Shown: one piece after another, positions 1-8,550 of the stretch | Numbering within the stretch: the stretch's first letter is position 1 | How the letters are laid out: every line of letters starts with the position of its first letter | Virus record (IMG/VR): IMGVR_UViG_3300014057_000711 | DNA length: 20,000 nt | Origin: an uncultured virus (IMG/VR IMGVR_UViG_3300014057_000711) | Taxonomy: Duplodnaviria > Heunggongvirae > Uroviricota > Caudoviricetes | Direction: 5' to 3' (one strand) | The notes under the pieces: generated by a model | The model's input: the letters and a program-made list of their open reading frames with translations, nothing else | What the model was told of the DNA's origin: nothing | The model's database searches: none | Program-made: the position numbers and the translations under genes

Positions 1-1
1 G

Positions 2-946
2 GCGTGCTACTGCCGCCTCACTCCTGCCGAGAAGGACGGCACCATACGACACGTGCTGTACGCCAACTGGCGGCAAACTGTGGCAAAGCGCGATGAGATA
101 GAGGTGATTGACTTGCTTGATGTGAACTCGCCATGGCGCGACCTAGCGGTGCGCCTGGGACGTATAGCAGGCGACGACGGCAAGAAGAAGGTGCGCACGA
201 AGTCACGCAAGTTTGCCGTGCTGACTCGTGTGCCGACACCAGACAGCACGTATTACCCGATACCGTACTACGCCGCACTTTTCAAAGGTAAGTGGTACAA
301 CATCAAGCAACTCATCGGGATGGCGAAGGAGGCGAAACTGAAGAACATCGCCCCAATCAAATATCAGATTGAAATCAGTAACAAGTACTGGGAGTCTATC
401 TTCAAGAGCGAGGGCATCACCGACCGACGGGAGCAACAGAAACGCATCGTCAAGGAGAAGCAGCAGATTCTGGACTTCCTCACTGGCGTTGAGAACGCCG
501 GCAAGGTGTGGTTCTCCACATTCTATGTGGCTCCCACTGGAGAGGTGCAGCACGAGGTGGTGATCAACAAAATTGACAACGACAAGGAGGGCGGCGACTG
601 GTCCACCGACATCCAGGAGGCGGTGAACATGTTCTGCTTCACGATGCGTGTGCACTCGAACCTCGTGGGTTCGGTGCCGGGGAAGTCGCAGACGAACAAC
701 AGCGGCTCGGACAAGCGCGAGCTTTACACCATCGCCCACTCCCTGCAGAAGCCCTACCACGACCTGCTATTTGCAGTGCATCGCCTGGTGATGCGATTCA
801 ACGGCTGGAAGGGAGCGTTCCCTGAATGTCCTTTCGTGCAGCTGACGCTCCTTAGCGACCATGTGGACGCACAAGAGGTGACAATGGAGAATGACAACGA
901 CAAAGACGGCAAGCCGTCTGCCGACGAGGTTTGGCGACACAAATAA
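2..946 (+). CDS. Probable phage portal-like protein, 5'-truncated
   Basis: Frame is open from base 2 (ACYCRLTPAEKDG...), so the ORF-track start at 53 is not the true start. YYPIPYY and SGSDKRELY motifs resemble Bacteroidales phage portal-like proteins as I recall them; it precedes head-tail genes. Confidence 0.6.
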   Translation, partial: ACYCRLTPAEKDGTIRHVLYANWRQTVAKRDEIEVIDLLDVNSPWRDLAVRLGRIAGDDGKKKVRTKSRKFAVLTRVPTPDSTYYPIPYYAALFKGKWYNIKQLIGMAKEAKLKNIAPIKYQIEISNKYWESIFKSEGITDRREQQKRIVKEKQQILDFLTGVENAGKVWFSTFYVAPTGEVQHEVVINKIDNDKEGGDWSTDIQEAVNMFCFTMRVHSNLVGSVPGKSQTNNSGSDKRELYTIAHSLQKPYHDLLFAVHRLVMRFNGWKGAFPECPFVQLTLLSDHVDAQEVTMENDNDKDGKPSADEVWRHK

Positions 947-1076
947 CCTTGGAAATCATACATCGAACTTATGCTCTTATGTCTAAGAAACATAATCGCA
1001 GGTGAGTAGAGCAATTGTCCGTAATAAAACAAGAACAAAGATTATTGTTATTAATTGTCTGAGAAAAACAAACTAT

Positions 1077-1931
1077 ATGGCTACACAAATAATCACATCT
1101 GATGAGCAGTTGCGCAGATACCTGCCCAACGCTTTTGCCACCGTGGAAGGTGAGGCACCGTTCTACGAGAAGGTGCTGCCGTGGCTTGAGGCAGCGGAAC
1201 GCTGGCTTTCCTTGCAGTTCATAGGCGATGAGTTCGCTGGCGCTCTCATCGCCATGGAGGAGAATGAGCCACTGAAGATGACGGCTTGCAGCGTGGTGGC
1301 GCACGAGGCGCTGATGCGTGCCGTGCCATCGCTGGACCTGGTGCTCACGCCGAACGGGTTCGGCATAGTGAGCAATTCCAACGTGGCACCGGCAAGCCGT
1401 GACCGTGTGACAAGGCTTGTCAAGTCGCTGGAGGAGTCGCGTGACATCGCCATCTCGCAGATGCTACAGTATCTGTTCCAAAACGAGCAGTGGTGCGACA
1501 CATCCAAGCGCCGATGGTTCACAGCTACGCTGTTTCCCAACATCGACCTGGCAGAACTGTGTGGCGTAACGGAACGGCGATGGGCTAACTACCTCTCGCT
1601 GCGCTTGAGGGTAGTGGATATCGAACAGCGCATAGCCGAGGAGTTCATCTCCATCGCACAGATGGATGTGCTGCGCAATGAGGTCATTGGCATCGATTGG
1701 TCATTCTCACTGCATGACCGGCTGCACATGCAGGTCATAGAGCAACTGCGCTCCATCGAGTTGAGCGCGTTGCAGGGCAACGCTCTCAACATCCAGGCAC
1801 TGCGTGACATCGCGGACCTTATGCGAAAGAACGAGGAGATTTTCCCTGAGTTCACCAACAGCGACACGGCGAAACTCTTCACTCCACCGATTTTTGAGAA
1901 TAAAAAGAAAGCAAATGGATACTGGTTCTAA
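1077..1931 (+). CDS. Conserved phage protein (DUF6712-like), possible head-tail adaptor
   Basis: ATG at 1077 after an A-rich leader; LDLVLTPNGFGIVSN..APAS motif recalled from this family; position directly after the portal-like gene. Confidence 0.6.
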   Translation: MATQIITSDEQLRRYLPNAFATVEGEAPFYEKVLPWLEAAERWLSLQFIGDEFAGALIAMEENEPLKMTACSVVAHEALMRAVPSLDLVLTPNGFGIVSNSNVAPASRDRVTRLVKSLEESRDIAISQMLQYLFQNEQWCDTSKRRWFTATLFPNIDLAELCGVTERRWANYLSLRLRVVDIEQRIAEEFISIAQMDVLRNEVIGIDWSFSLHDRLHMQVIEQLRSIELSALQGNALNIQALRDIADLMRKNEEIFPEFTNSDTAKLFTPPIFENKKKANGYWF

Positions 1932-2682
1932 GACTATCGACCTCAAACTTCCCACACGGTGGGAAGAGTTGACTCAAAAGCAACTGCGCTACCTGTTCTC
2001 TCTCATAGCGCAAGGGTATTCCATCGATGAGGTCAAGGCGTTCTGCCTGTTCAGATGGAACAAGATAACTGTCCTTCATCGCTATGGCGACAAGGGATAT
2101 ATGTGCAAGAAGCGCAATCAACGCTTCGTGGTCACCGCTGCGCAGGTGACAGCAGCCGTCACTGCGCTGGACTGGATAAAGACGCTGCCGGCTACTCCCG
2201 TCCGCATCGCACGGATCGGCTGCCGCCAAGCCGTGGCTGCGGACTTCCAGGGGGTGCCGTTTGAGACGTTCATAATCTGTGACAACCTCTATCAAGGGTA
2301 TATATCAACACAAAATGAGCAGCTGCTGGAGGAGATGGCCACACATCTGTACAGAAGCAAATGCTTCTCGCTGATAATCCGTCTGTCTCAAGCAGACAGA
2401 ATCGGTATCTTCTATTGGTTCGCTTCGCTGAAGGCGATGCTATCTCGTCAGTTCCATAACTTCCTGCAACCCGTCCCCCAGGACAATGCCAACCTGCTTG
2501 ACAGCGACAAATCTCAATATGAGATTCTGACTGCCGCAGTCAATGCGCAGATAAGGGCATTGACCAAGGGCGACGTGACGAAGGAGAAACAGGTGCTGGC
2601 ACTCGACACATGGCGAGCACTCACAGAGCTTGACGCCCTAGCTAAGGAGTATGAAGAACTAAACAAGCGAGTGCCACGCTAA
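1915..2682 (+). CDS. Hypothetical phage morphogenesis-region protein
   Basis: ATG at 1915 overlaps the upstream gene end by 17 nt; 255-aa ORF with normal composition. Confidence 0.75.
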   Translation: MDTGSKTIDLKLPTRWEELTQKQLRYLFSLIAQGYSIDEVKAFCLFRWNKITVLHRYGDKGYMCKKRNQRFVVTAAQVTAAVTALDWIKTLPATPVRIARIGCRQAVAADFQGVPFETFIICDNLYQGYISTQNEQLLEEMATHLYRSKCFSLIIRLSQADRIGIFYWFASLKAMLSRQFHNFLQPVPQDNANLLDSDKSQYEILTAAVNAQIRALTKGDVTKEKQVLALDTWRALTELDALAKEYEELNKRVPR

Positions 2683-2720
2683 AAAAACTGGCAACTGACA
2701 ACTCATAACTGAAAACTATT

Positions 2721-3218
2721 ATGAATGACTATCCTATTGGTCGCTGGGACGCGACAGATTATTTCAAGCAGTTGACGGCCACTAACCGCTTGGCAAAAGA
2801 GCAAGGTTTCACCTTTTGCTCGGTCAGCGGTCTGGACGGGTTCGAGGAAGCCCTTGACCACATGCAGCGGTCAAAGGCTTTGGTGTGCGTCTCGGACATC
2901 GCCAACGGCTACACCGAGCTTCACAACACTCCCCGCACGCGGCGAGTGAAGACGGTGTTCCTGGCGATGCGACACCGCATTGACGACATGAAGGCGCGCA
3001 ACTCCTGCATGGACACCATGCGGGAGGTGTTCCGGCAGTTTATGAGCAAGCTCATACTGGAGAAGACGAAACTGGAGCAGCACTGCATCTACATAGACCC
3101 TCGCATATCGTTCAACGAGATTGACCGGTATTTCTTCTCGGGTTGCGCCTGCGCCTATTTCCAAATTGCTGTTGATGTATATACCGACCTTCGCATCAAT
3201 CCTGCAGAGTGGGACTGA
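2721..3218 (+). CDS. Hypothetical protein, possible tail terminator/completion protein
   Basis: 165-aa ORF with A-rich leader; function inferred from size and position only. Confidence 0.65.
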   Translation: MNDYPIGRWDATDYFKQLTATNRLAKEQGFTFCSVSGLDGFEEALDHMQRSKALVCVSDIANGYTELHNTPRTRRVKTVFLAMRHRIDDMKARNSCMDTMREVFRQFMSKLILEKTKLEQHCIYIDPRISFNEIDRYFFSGCACAYFQIAVDVYTDLRINPAEWD

Positions 3219-3242
3219 TGACGACTAAAAAACTGAAAACTG

Positions 3243-3689
3243 ATGGCTGAGAACTTGAACAATCCCACAGAGCAAGAAGCTATACAGGCGAGGCAGAAGT
3301 ATGTCACCGCCTTCAACCAGACGATGATCAAGATTTGGAAGGAGAAAATCACCCTGCTGGATGTCATAGACACAGGCAGGTTGCTGCACAGCGTGCCCAT
3401 CGTGCTGGCGATGCGCAACGATGGACGGTTCCTGGAGGTGACGCTTACGCAGTCATTCCTCGAATACGGTCTGTGGCAGGACTACGGCACCGGGCGTGAG
3501 ACGCCTCGGGGCAACCCAGGCGACATCGGGCGAGCAAAAAAACGCCAACGGCGTAAGTGGTTCAGCACCAAATATTACGCCTCAGTCATGAATATCAAGG
3601 AGTTCTATGAGGAGAACCTGGGGTTACAATTCCTTGGGATTATTTCAAATGCCCTGAACAAGAAGAATTTCGCCCAAAATCACTTGTGA
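3243..3689 (+). CDS. Putative neck/tail-completion protein (HK97 gp10-like)
   Basis: VIDTGRLLHS resembles the DTGxLxxS motif; later Y.....YGT segment and basic C-terminal patch; 148 aa. Confidence 0.55.
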   Translation: MAENLNNPTEQEAIQARQKYVTAFNQTMIKIWKEKITLLDVIDTGRLLHSVPIVLAMRNDGRFLEVTLTQSFLEYGLWQDYGTGRETPRGNPGDIGRAKKRQRRKWFSTKYYASVMNIKEFYEENLGLQFLGIISNALNKKNFAQNHL

Positions 3690-3707
3690 TAATGTTCGAC
3701 AAATCGT

Positions 3708-3742
3708 GTCTTTTGACACACTACTATTTCATAATACTTTTG
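3708..3742 (+). promoter_or_regulatory. Bacteroidetes-type promoter, GTCTTTT-N20-TACTTTTG
   Basis: -7 box TAnnTTTG at 3735-3742 and TTTG at 3712-3715; lies 24 nt before the ATG at 3767. Confidence 0.75.
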
Positions 3743-3766
3743 CCTCAAATCTAAATCCAAACAAGT

Positions 3767-5278
3767 ATGATTGACACAACACAACTAACCCAACTTATCT
3801 CCGCATTCCGTGTGGAGACGGAGAAGGAGTCGATCTCGCCGGAGACCGTCGGCTCTCTCCTTCAGAACATCACTGACTTGCTCGCCAGTGCCTCAAGCAG
3901 CATCGAGCAGCAGATATTCGAGAACTGGAAGGCGATTCTCTCGCAACTCCACCTGGTGGAGAGTGTGGAGCAGGGAGCGAATAACGTGGAGCACGTGAAC
4001 ATCGCCATGACACTGCGCGACCTCGCCAACGGCGGGCGCACAGGGGCGAACTTCCAGATTGAGCCTGCCACCGAACAACGGGCAGGGGTGATGACGGCTG
4101 CACAGGCGCAGACGCTGGCTGCGCTCAACCTTGCAGTGGACGCACTGAAACTCGCAGCCGTGAATCTCGCAAACAAGAACACGGAGCAGGATAACCGGCT
4201 TGACATCATCCAGGGACGTAGTGACGTTATCACCGCAATCTCGCAGGGGAGCGACCACGCCTCGAAGGTCTATCTGACCATACGCAAGGAGAACCTGAAG
4301 ACTGGCGCCATCTACAACAAGATAAACAACAGGGAGATTGCAGCGGCCACCAGCGAGAAGGCGGGAGTGATGACGGCTCAACAAGCTAAAGACCTGCAGA
4401 AGGCTGTGAACGGCCTTCTGATCCAGGATGAGCTGATTCGTGTACTGCACAGCATCGACCTGGTGGTGACATCCATTGAGGACCGCCCCTACAGGAAGGA
4501 CTGTCTGTACTACGGGGTGGAATACTGCGACCTATATGCCGGTGAGCGATTCCCTGCGGATGACGATATCATGATTCCCGGTGCCACCATAGAGCACGCT
4601 GGAGTGATGACGGCCAGACAGGTGCAACGCCTTGATGACGCTGAGCGCGACATCTTCAACCTCAGGAAAGCTTTTGGCTCTGTCAATGGTGGCGGCACAG
4701 GGCAACTCCTGCCCATAGCGCTGCGCATAGGCAGCGGTGAGGGTCCACTGCAGGTGCTGGGCGCTCTGCCGCTGATTGACAAAGGGTACTTCCCTTACCT
4801 GTTCCGCTTCTCACGCAAGAGAAACCGCATCACCAACCGCAACGAGCACGATGAGATTATCCGGAAGCACGGCCCAGTCCGCAAGGGATGGAACATGGTG
4901 GGAAAGGTGGATGCCATCAGAGTCTCCAATGACGGCACGGTGTCGATAAGGAAGAACGTGTTCAAGCATCCGATGATAGACACCGAACTTCTCGACGAGT
5001 TCCAGACGAATGCAAAGTTCTTCATCAAAGAGGAGACTGACTCCAAGGGGACACCATACGTGAGCTACGGAAAGACCCAGGTGAAACTCACCCGGGAGGT
5101 GAACGGACTGGAGGTGCGCCGCAAGGTGCGGCTGCTATACGGCATCGCTTTCGCCGACTACAAGGTGGGACCGCGAGGCGCGCTGGACATGAGCCGCCTG
5201 GTGACACCGATCGTGCCGTTCCACGTCTGCAACCTGCTGCTTGACGCGGACAGCAGCGTGTGGATATTTGAGCGATAG
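3767..5278 (+). CDS. Putative tail fibre / receptor-binding-like protein with three internal repeats
   Basis: Three IxxATxxxAGVMTAxQxxxL repeats each followed by a coiled-coil-like segment; N-terminal FRxETxxxxIxPExVGxLL segment resembles Bacteroidales phage fibre N-termini. Confidence 0.55.
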   Translation: MIDTTQLTQLISAFRVETEKESISPETVGSLLQNITDLLASASSSIEQQIFENWKAILSQLHLVESVEQGANNVEHVNIAMTLRDLANGGRTGANFQIEPATEQRAGVMTAAQAQTLAALNLAVDALKLAAVNLANKNTEQDNRLDIIQGRSDVITAISQGSDHASKVYLTIRKENLKTGAIYNKINNREIAAATSEKAGVMTAQQAKDLQKAVNGLLIQDELIRVLHSIDLVVTSIEDRPYRKDCLYYGVEYCDLYAGERFPADDDIMIPGATIEHAGVMTARQVQRLDDAERDIFNLRKAFGSVNGGGTGQLLPIALRIGSGEGPLQVLGALPLIDKGYFPYLFRFSRKRNRITNRNEHDEIIRKHGPVRKGWNMVGKVDAIRVSNDGTVSIRKNVFKHPMIDTELLDEFQTNAKFFIKEETDSKGTPYVSYGKTQVKLTREVNGLEVRRKVRLLYGIAFADYKVGPRGALDMSRLVTPIVPFHVCNLLLDADSSVWIFER

Positions 5279-5283
5279 ATACG

Positions 5284-5372
5284 AAAAAAGGTGAGCCTGG
5301 GCACACCTTCAAACATGAGAGTGCGCACGGGCGGCACTCATATCTACACCAAGAGCCACGGCTCCTGCATAT
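5284..5372 (-). ncRNA. Candidate ~90-nt small RNA with three stem-loops and an intrinsic terminator
   Basis: Consensus - strand promoter at 5379-5410; hairpins GAGC/GCTC, GAGTGC/GCACTC and AAGGTG/CACCTT, the last running into a U6 tract on the - strand. Confidence 0.5.
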
Positions 5373-5378
5373 CTTCGG

Positions 5379-5410
5379 CAAAATTAGGCATTTTTCACCT
5401 TAAATCCAAA
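5379..5410 (-). promoter_or_regulatory. Bacteroidetes sigma-A promoter TTTG-N20-TAATTTTG
   Basis: + strand CAAAATTA at 5379-5386 and CAAA at 5407-5410, 20-nt spacer. Confidence 0.65.
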
Positions 5411-5448
5411 TAATCCTCATTAAATAATCAACAAAAAATCAACATCCT

Positions 5449-5952
5449 ATGAATTTTCTGATTGACACCCTGAAAGGCGCGTCGCTGCACGTGCACGCAG
5501 TATGGCTGGCGCTGGCCTACATCGCCGTGATAATCGCCATGGCGGTTGACTTCGTGGCGGGTCTGAGAAAGGCAAAGCAGGCTGGCATAGCATCGACATC
5601 CCGTGGTTATAAAATGACCACGGAGAAGGCAGCGAAATACTTCCTGCCGATGCTGTGCCTGACGTGCGTAGACCTGATGACCTCGGTCATTCTGCCGGCA
5701 CCGTTCTTCACGATGCTCATGGCGGGATTCAACATCTTCTGCGAATGGAAGTCGGTGCTGGAGAGCACGCATGACAAGCAGGAACTCCGGGACAAGGCGA
5801 ACACGTTCAACGTGATACTCAAGAACAAGGACGACATAGCCGCAATCGTCCTGCAAGCCATGCAGATGATGGAGAAAAAGAATGAGCTGGAGAAAGCTAA
5901 CCAAAGTATTAACGAACAAACACCACAACAAAATGAAGAAGAACTTCCTTAA
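5449..5952 (+). CDS. Phage holin family protein
   Basis: Hydrophobic transmembrane segments, DFVAGLRKAK..G...TSRGYK.T..K motif, charged C-terminus, upstream of the endolysin. Confidence 0.8.
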   Translation: MNFLIDTLKGASLHVHAVWLALAYIAVIIAMAVDFVAGLRKAKQAGIASTSRGYKMTTEKAAKYFLPMLCLTCVDLMTSVILPAPFFTMLMAGFNIFCEWKSVLESTHDKQELRDKANTFNVILKNKDDIAAIVLQAMQMMEKKNELEKANQSINEQTPQQNEEELP

Positions 5953-6547
5953 CATCGTGCCGCAGGAGGTGACCGATGGCAGTGAGCGCACCATCCGATA
6001 TAAAGGCAATGACGGCAAATACCACAGCATAGCCTCAGGTGACGCTGGCGACGCTCCCACGCTCAGCGTGGAGCAGGTCACCAGAACGGTACAGATTTCA
6101 TTGACAAATCCTTCAGCAAGTCCGCAGATAGCAGATTTCATGCTGAAATACGGCTCGATGAAACTCACGAACTTCAAAATCCTCTCTATGCGATACAACT
6201 CGACGTCCATAACCAAACTCTATTTTGAAAATGGTGTGCAGGGGCCTACTCCATACCGCTACAACCTGACCTCAGCAAAGGTCACTTTCGAGATTAACGC
6301 AAGTGTGATGGATGAAATCTCCCGTGAGACGTTCAACACCGGCAGCGCCGAGGTGATTGACTTCTTCGAGAGGACAGTGATGTCAATCATCGACGACGTG
6401 ACTCCATACATGATCTATTACTATATGCTGAAGGCGAACTTCATAATTCAGATAAGTGAGTTCACAGGCACGGAGATGCACCTTTTCAGCACCGCAAAGG
6501 ACGGCACAAAGACCGACCTGGGAGTGCTCAATCAAATCCATGATTGA
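5933..6547 (+). CDS. Hypothetical protein inside the lysis cassette
   Basis: ATG at 5933 overlaps the holin 3' end; 204-aa ORF with no recognised motif. Confidence 0.7.
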   Translation: MKKNFLNIVPQEVTDGSERTIRYKGNDGKYHSIASGDAGDAPTLSVEQVTRTVQISLTNPSASPQIADFMLKYGSMKLTNFKILSMRYNSTSITKLYFENGVQGPTPYRYNLTSAKVTFEINASVMDEISRETFNTGSAEVIDFFERTVMSIIDDVTPYMIYYYMLKANFIIQISEFTGTEMHLFSTAKDGTKTDLGVLNQIHD

Positions 6548-6659
6548 TCTCTAAAGGTCACTTTTAGCACCGTGAGAATTTAACACCAGGAACCATCATC
6601 TTATTAGATAATTCTTGATAATCAACTTGTTGAAACCAATACTTTAAATTTAATCTTTA

Positions 6660-7268
6660 ATGTCTAAAAAAGTAGTAATCCTGGGCACAGCCCATGGGAG
6701 CAACACTCCAGGGAAGTGTTCTCCCGACAAGAAATTCCGTGAGTATAAATTCAGTCGTGAGGTTATCAATGACCTCAAACCAAAGCTTGAGGCTTTGGGG
6801 CTGACAGTGTATATCGACATGCCGCAGGACGTGGTGCCTCGTCCGCCTGTGGCAGAACTCGCACAGCGATGCAGGATTGTGAACAATCTGTGCAGGAAGC
6901 ACGGCACGGCAAACTGCGTGTATGTGAGCATCCATGTGAACGCTGCTGGCTCGGGTGGTGTGTGGCGCACCGCACGTGGCTTCGCGGTCTATGTCGCACG
7001 TCAATGCTCGGACAACAGCAAGCGCCTTGCCAAAATGCTTTGGGACAAGGCGATGGACTTGGGGCTGCGTGGCAACCGGTCGGTGCCATCAGCCCGATAC
7101 CACCAGGCGAATTTCTACGTCATCAAGAACACGCATTGTCCTGCGGTTCTCACCGAGAACCTGTTCCAGGACAACCATGAGGATGTGGACTTCTTGATGT
7201 CGCCTGAAGGCAAAGCGAAAATCGTGGAACTGCACTATGAGTGCATCAAAGCTTACTGTGGACTATGA
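6660..7268 (+). CDS. N-acetylmuramoyl-L-alanine amidase (Amidase_3 family) endolysin
   Basis: Zinc-ligand motifs TAHG, RE, VSIHVNA and AVLTENLF; no signal peptide. Confidence 0.92.
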   Translation: MSKKVVILGTAHGSNTPGKCSPDKKFREYKFSREVINDLKPKLEALGLTVYIDMPQDVVPRPPVAELAQRCRIVNNLCRKHGTANCVYVSIHVNAAGSGGVWRTARGFAVYVARQCSDNSKRLAKMLWDKAMDLGLRGNRSVPSARYHQANFYVIKNTHCPAVLTENLFQDNHEDVDFLMSPEGKAKIVELHYECIKAYCGL

Positions 7269-7858
7269 AAAACTCACTAATCACTCATCTCTCATCACTA
7301 ATCATGCTAATGGCAGCTATGCTGATATTGGCATCAGGCTGCCGCTCGCAGAAGAAGGTGGTGAAATCAGAGGTCGCTATCGCTGACACGTGCTCGGTGA
7401 GCAGCTTATCCACCACGGCCGTAGAGCGGCTGAGGTGGATGGACAGCATCTCACTGCACTTCGACAGCCTGGAACTGGAATGGCGCGTGCCTGCAGACCA
7501 TTTTGCTGAAATCGGCAACATGGCCTACGACACGGCGCAAAACTCGTTGTATAGGCCGGCGGCCGGATCTGCGGCGAAGGGGGCTGCCCTTTTCCCAGCG
7601 CAACCTCGCCAGGGCTCGGTTTTGCTGAGGGCAAGACATGCATCACTGGGGAAGGTCGGCAGACTTGAGCGAGGCTCTGCGAGCTGCGCTCAGCAAGCCG
7701 ACAGTGTGATGCACCACCGCACATCAGCCTCCGACATGAAGACAGACAACGACACCACAGCAATCGCCAAACCTCCCGACCTGGAATGGCTCACATTTGC
7801 AATCATCGCTGGACTCGTGGTGGTGTTTATAATAATCTTCTGGATTGAATACGAATAG
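7265..7858 (+). CDS. Putative unimolecular spanin (lipoprotein with C-terminal transmembrane helix)
   Basis: ATGA overlap with the amidase stop; hydrophobic signal ending in lipobox LASG-C; C-terminal WLTFAIIAGLVVVFIIIFW helix. Confidence 0.65.
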   Translation: MKNSLITHLSSLIMLMAAMLILASGCRSQKKVVKSEVAIADTCSVSSLSTTAVERLRWMDSISLHFDSLELEWRVPADHFAEIGNMAYDTAQNSLYRPAAGSAAKGAALFPAQPRQGSVLLRARHASLGKVGRLERGSASCAQQADSVMHHRTSASDMKTDNDTTAIAKPPDLEWLTFAIIAGLVVVFIIIFWIEYE

Positions 7859-7906
7859 CTGAAGTTAGTATTTTTTTCTCATAAAGTGAATTTTTATGGT
7901 TATTGG

Positions 7907-7942
7907 GAAAGGCTGGACCGTGAGGTTCGGTCTTTCTTTTTT
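7907..7942 (+). terminator. Intrinsic terminator of the lysis operon
   Basis: GAAAGGCTGGACC-GTGA-GGTTCGGTCTTTC stem with G-U pairs, followed by a T-tract. Confidence 0.8.
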
Positions 7943-7951
7943 GCCTGGTGC

Positions 7952-8032
7952 AAAAGAAAGACTGCGCCCACGTCTCTCGACGAAAAGCGCAGACAACTAA
8001 AAAGGAATGTATTAATTACGATGGTTAAAATT
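7952..8032 (-). ncRNA. Candidate ~80-nt small RNA
   Basis: Consensus - strand promoter at 8039-8070; 3' hairpin CTGCGC..CGTC-GAGA-GACG..GCGCAG (7962-7992) followed by a U-rich tail. Confidence 0.45.
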
Positions 8033-8038
8033 CTAATG

Positions 8039-8070
8039 CAAATATAGTGTGTTTTTATGACATTCGCAAA
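8039..8070 (-). promoter_or_regulatory. Bacteroidetes sigma-A promoter TTTG-N20-TATATTTG
   Basis: + strand CAAATATA at 8039-8046 and CAAA at 8067-8070. Confidence 0.65.
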
Positions 8071-8136
8071 TGTTTTCAGCCAAACATTGGTTTTTATAGG
8101 TTTTTGTAGTGTTATTATTTACCTCGGGTACCAGGT

Positions 8137-8240
8137 GGTTTACTCATGGTTTACTTTGTTAAAAAAATGGCATCTGATAATCAGCGGTTTACAAAGGTAT
8201 GGTTTACTCTTGATTACTCATGGGTGCGCAAGTGGTTTAA
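8137..8240 (+). repeat. Cluster of GGTTTAC direct repeats
   Basis: GGTTTAC at 8137, 8148, 8186 and 8201, GGTTTAA at 8234; interrupted palindrome CTGAT-A-ATCAG at 8174-8184. Confidence 0.6.
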
Positions 8241-8346
8241 TCTTGCAGTGTTGAGTCCAGACGCAGACCGCCGCCATTGATGTTGACTATAACAAGCTGA
8301 TGTGGTGCCTCATACCGCCGCTTGACTGACAGAATTGCCGTGTCAT

Positions 8347-8544
8347 TGAATTTTGTGAAACATATTTTTACTTAGCAAAGTTAGCGCATCAGACCACCGC
8401 ACAAGGACAGGCCCTGGCGGGTTTTGCTGAAAAATCTCCACACCTGCGGGTAGTATTTTTCGGCAAAATCCTTGTGCTCGCAGTGGTCTCTACAGATGCG
8501 CACCTTATTGCACGTAAAAATTATGTTTCACTTCACAAAATTCA
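8347..8544. promoter_or_regulatory. ~200-nt long imperfect hairpin, candidate single-stranded-DNA promoter
   Basis: Six nested complementary segments; - strand TAACTTTG at 8376-8383 faces a mismatched segment; ends 6 nt before the ATG at 8551. Confidence 0.6.
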
Positions 8545-8550
8545 TCTATC

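Noticed and set aside
1002..1076. Upstream starts in the ORF track (1002, 1804, 5882, 7241, 15692)
   Set aside because: Downstream ATGs with A-rich leaders, stop/start overlaps or intact signal peptides fit better
3767..5278. Diversity-generating retroelement target
   Set aside because: No reverse transcriptase in the window and no TR/VR pair differing at adenines was seen
8057..8254. 65-aa hydrophobic ORF as a type I toxin
   Set aside because: It overlaps the - strand promoter and the GGTTTAC array and its hydrophobicity follows from T-rich DNA; not excluded, but insufficient support
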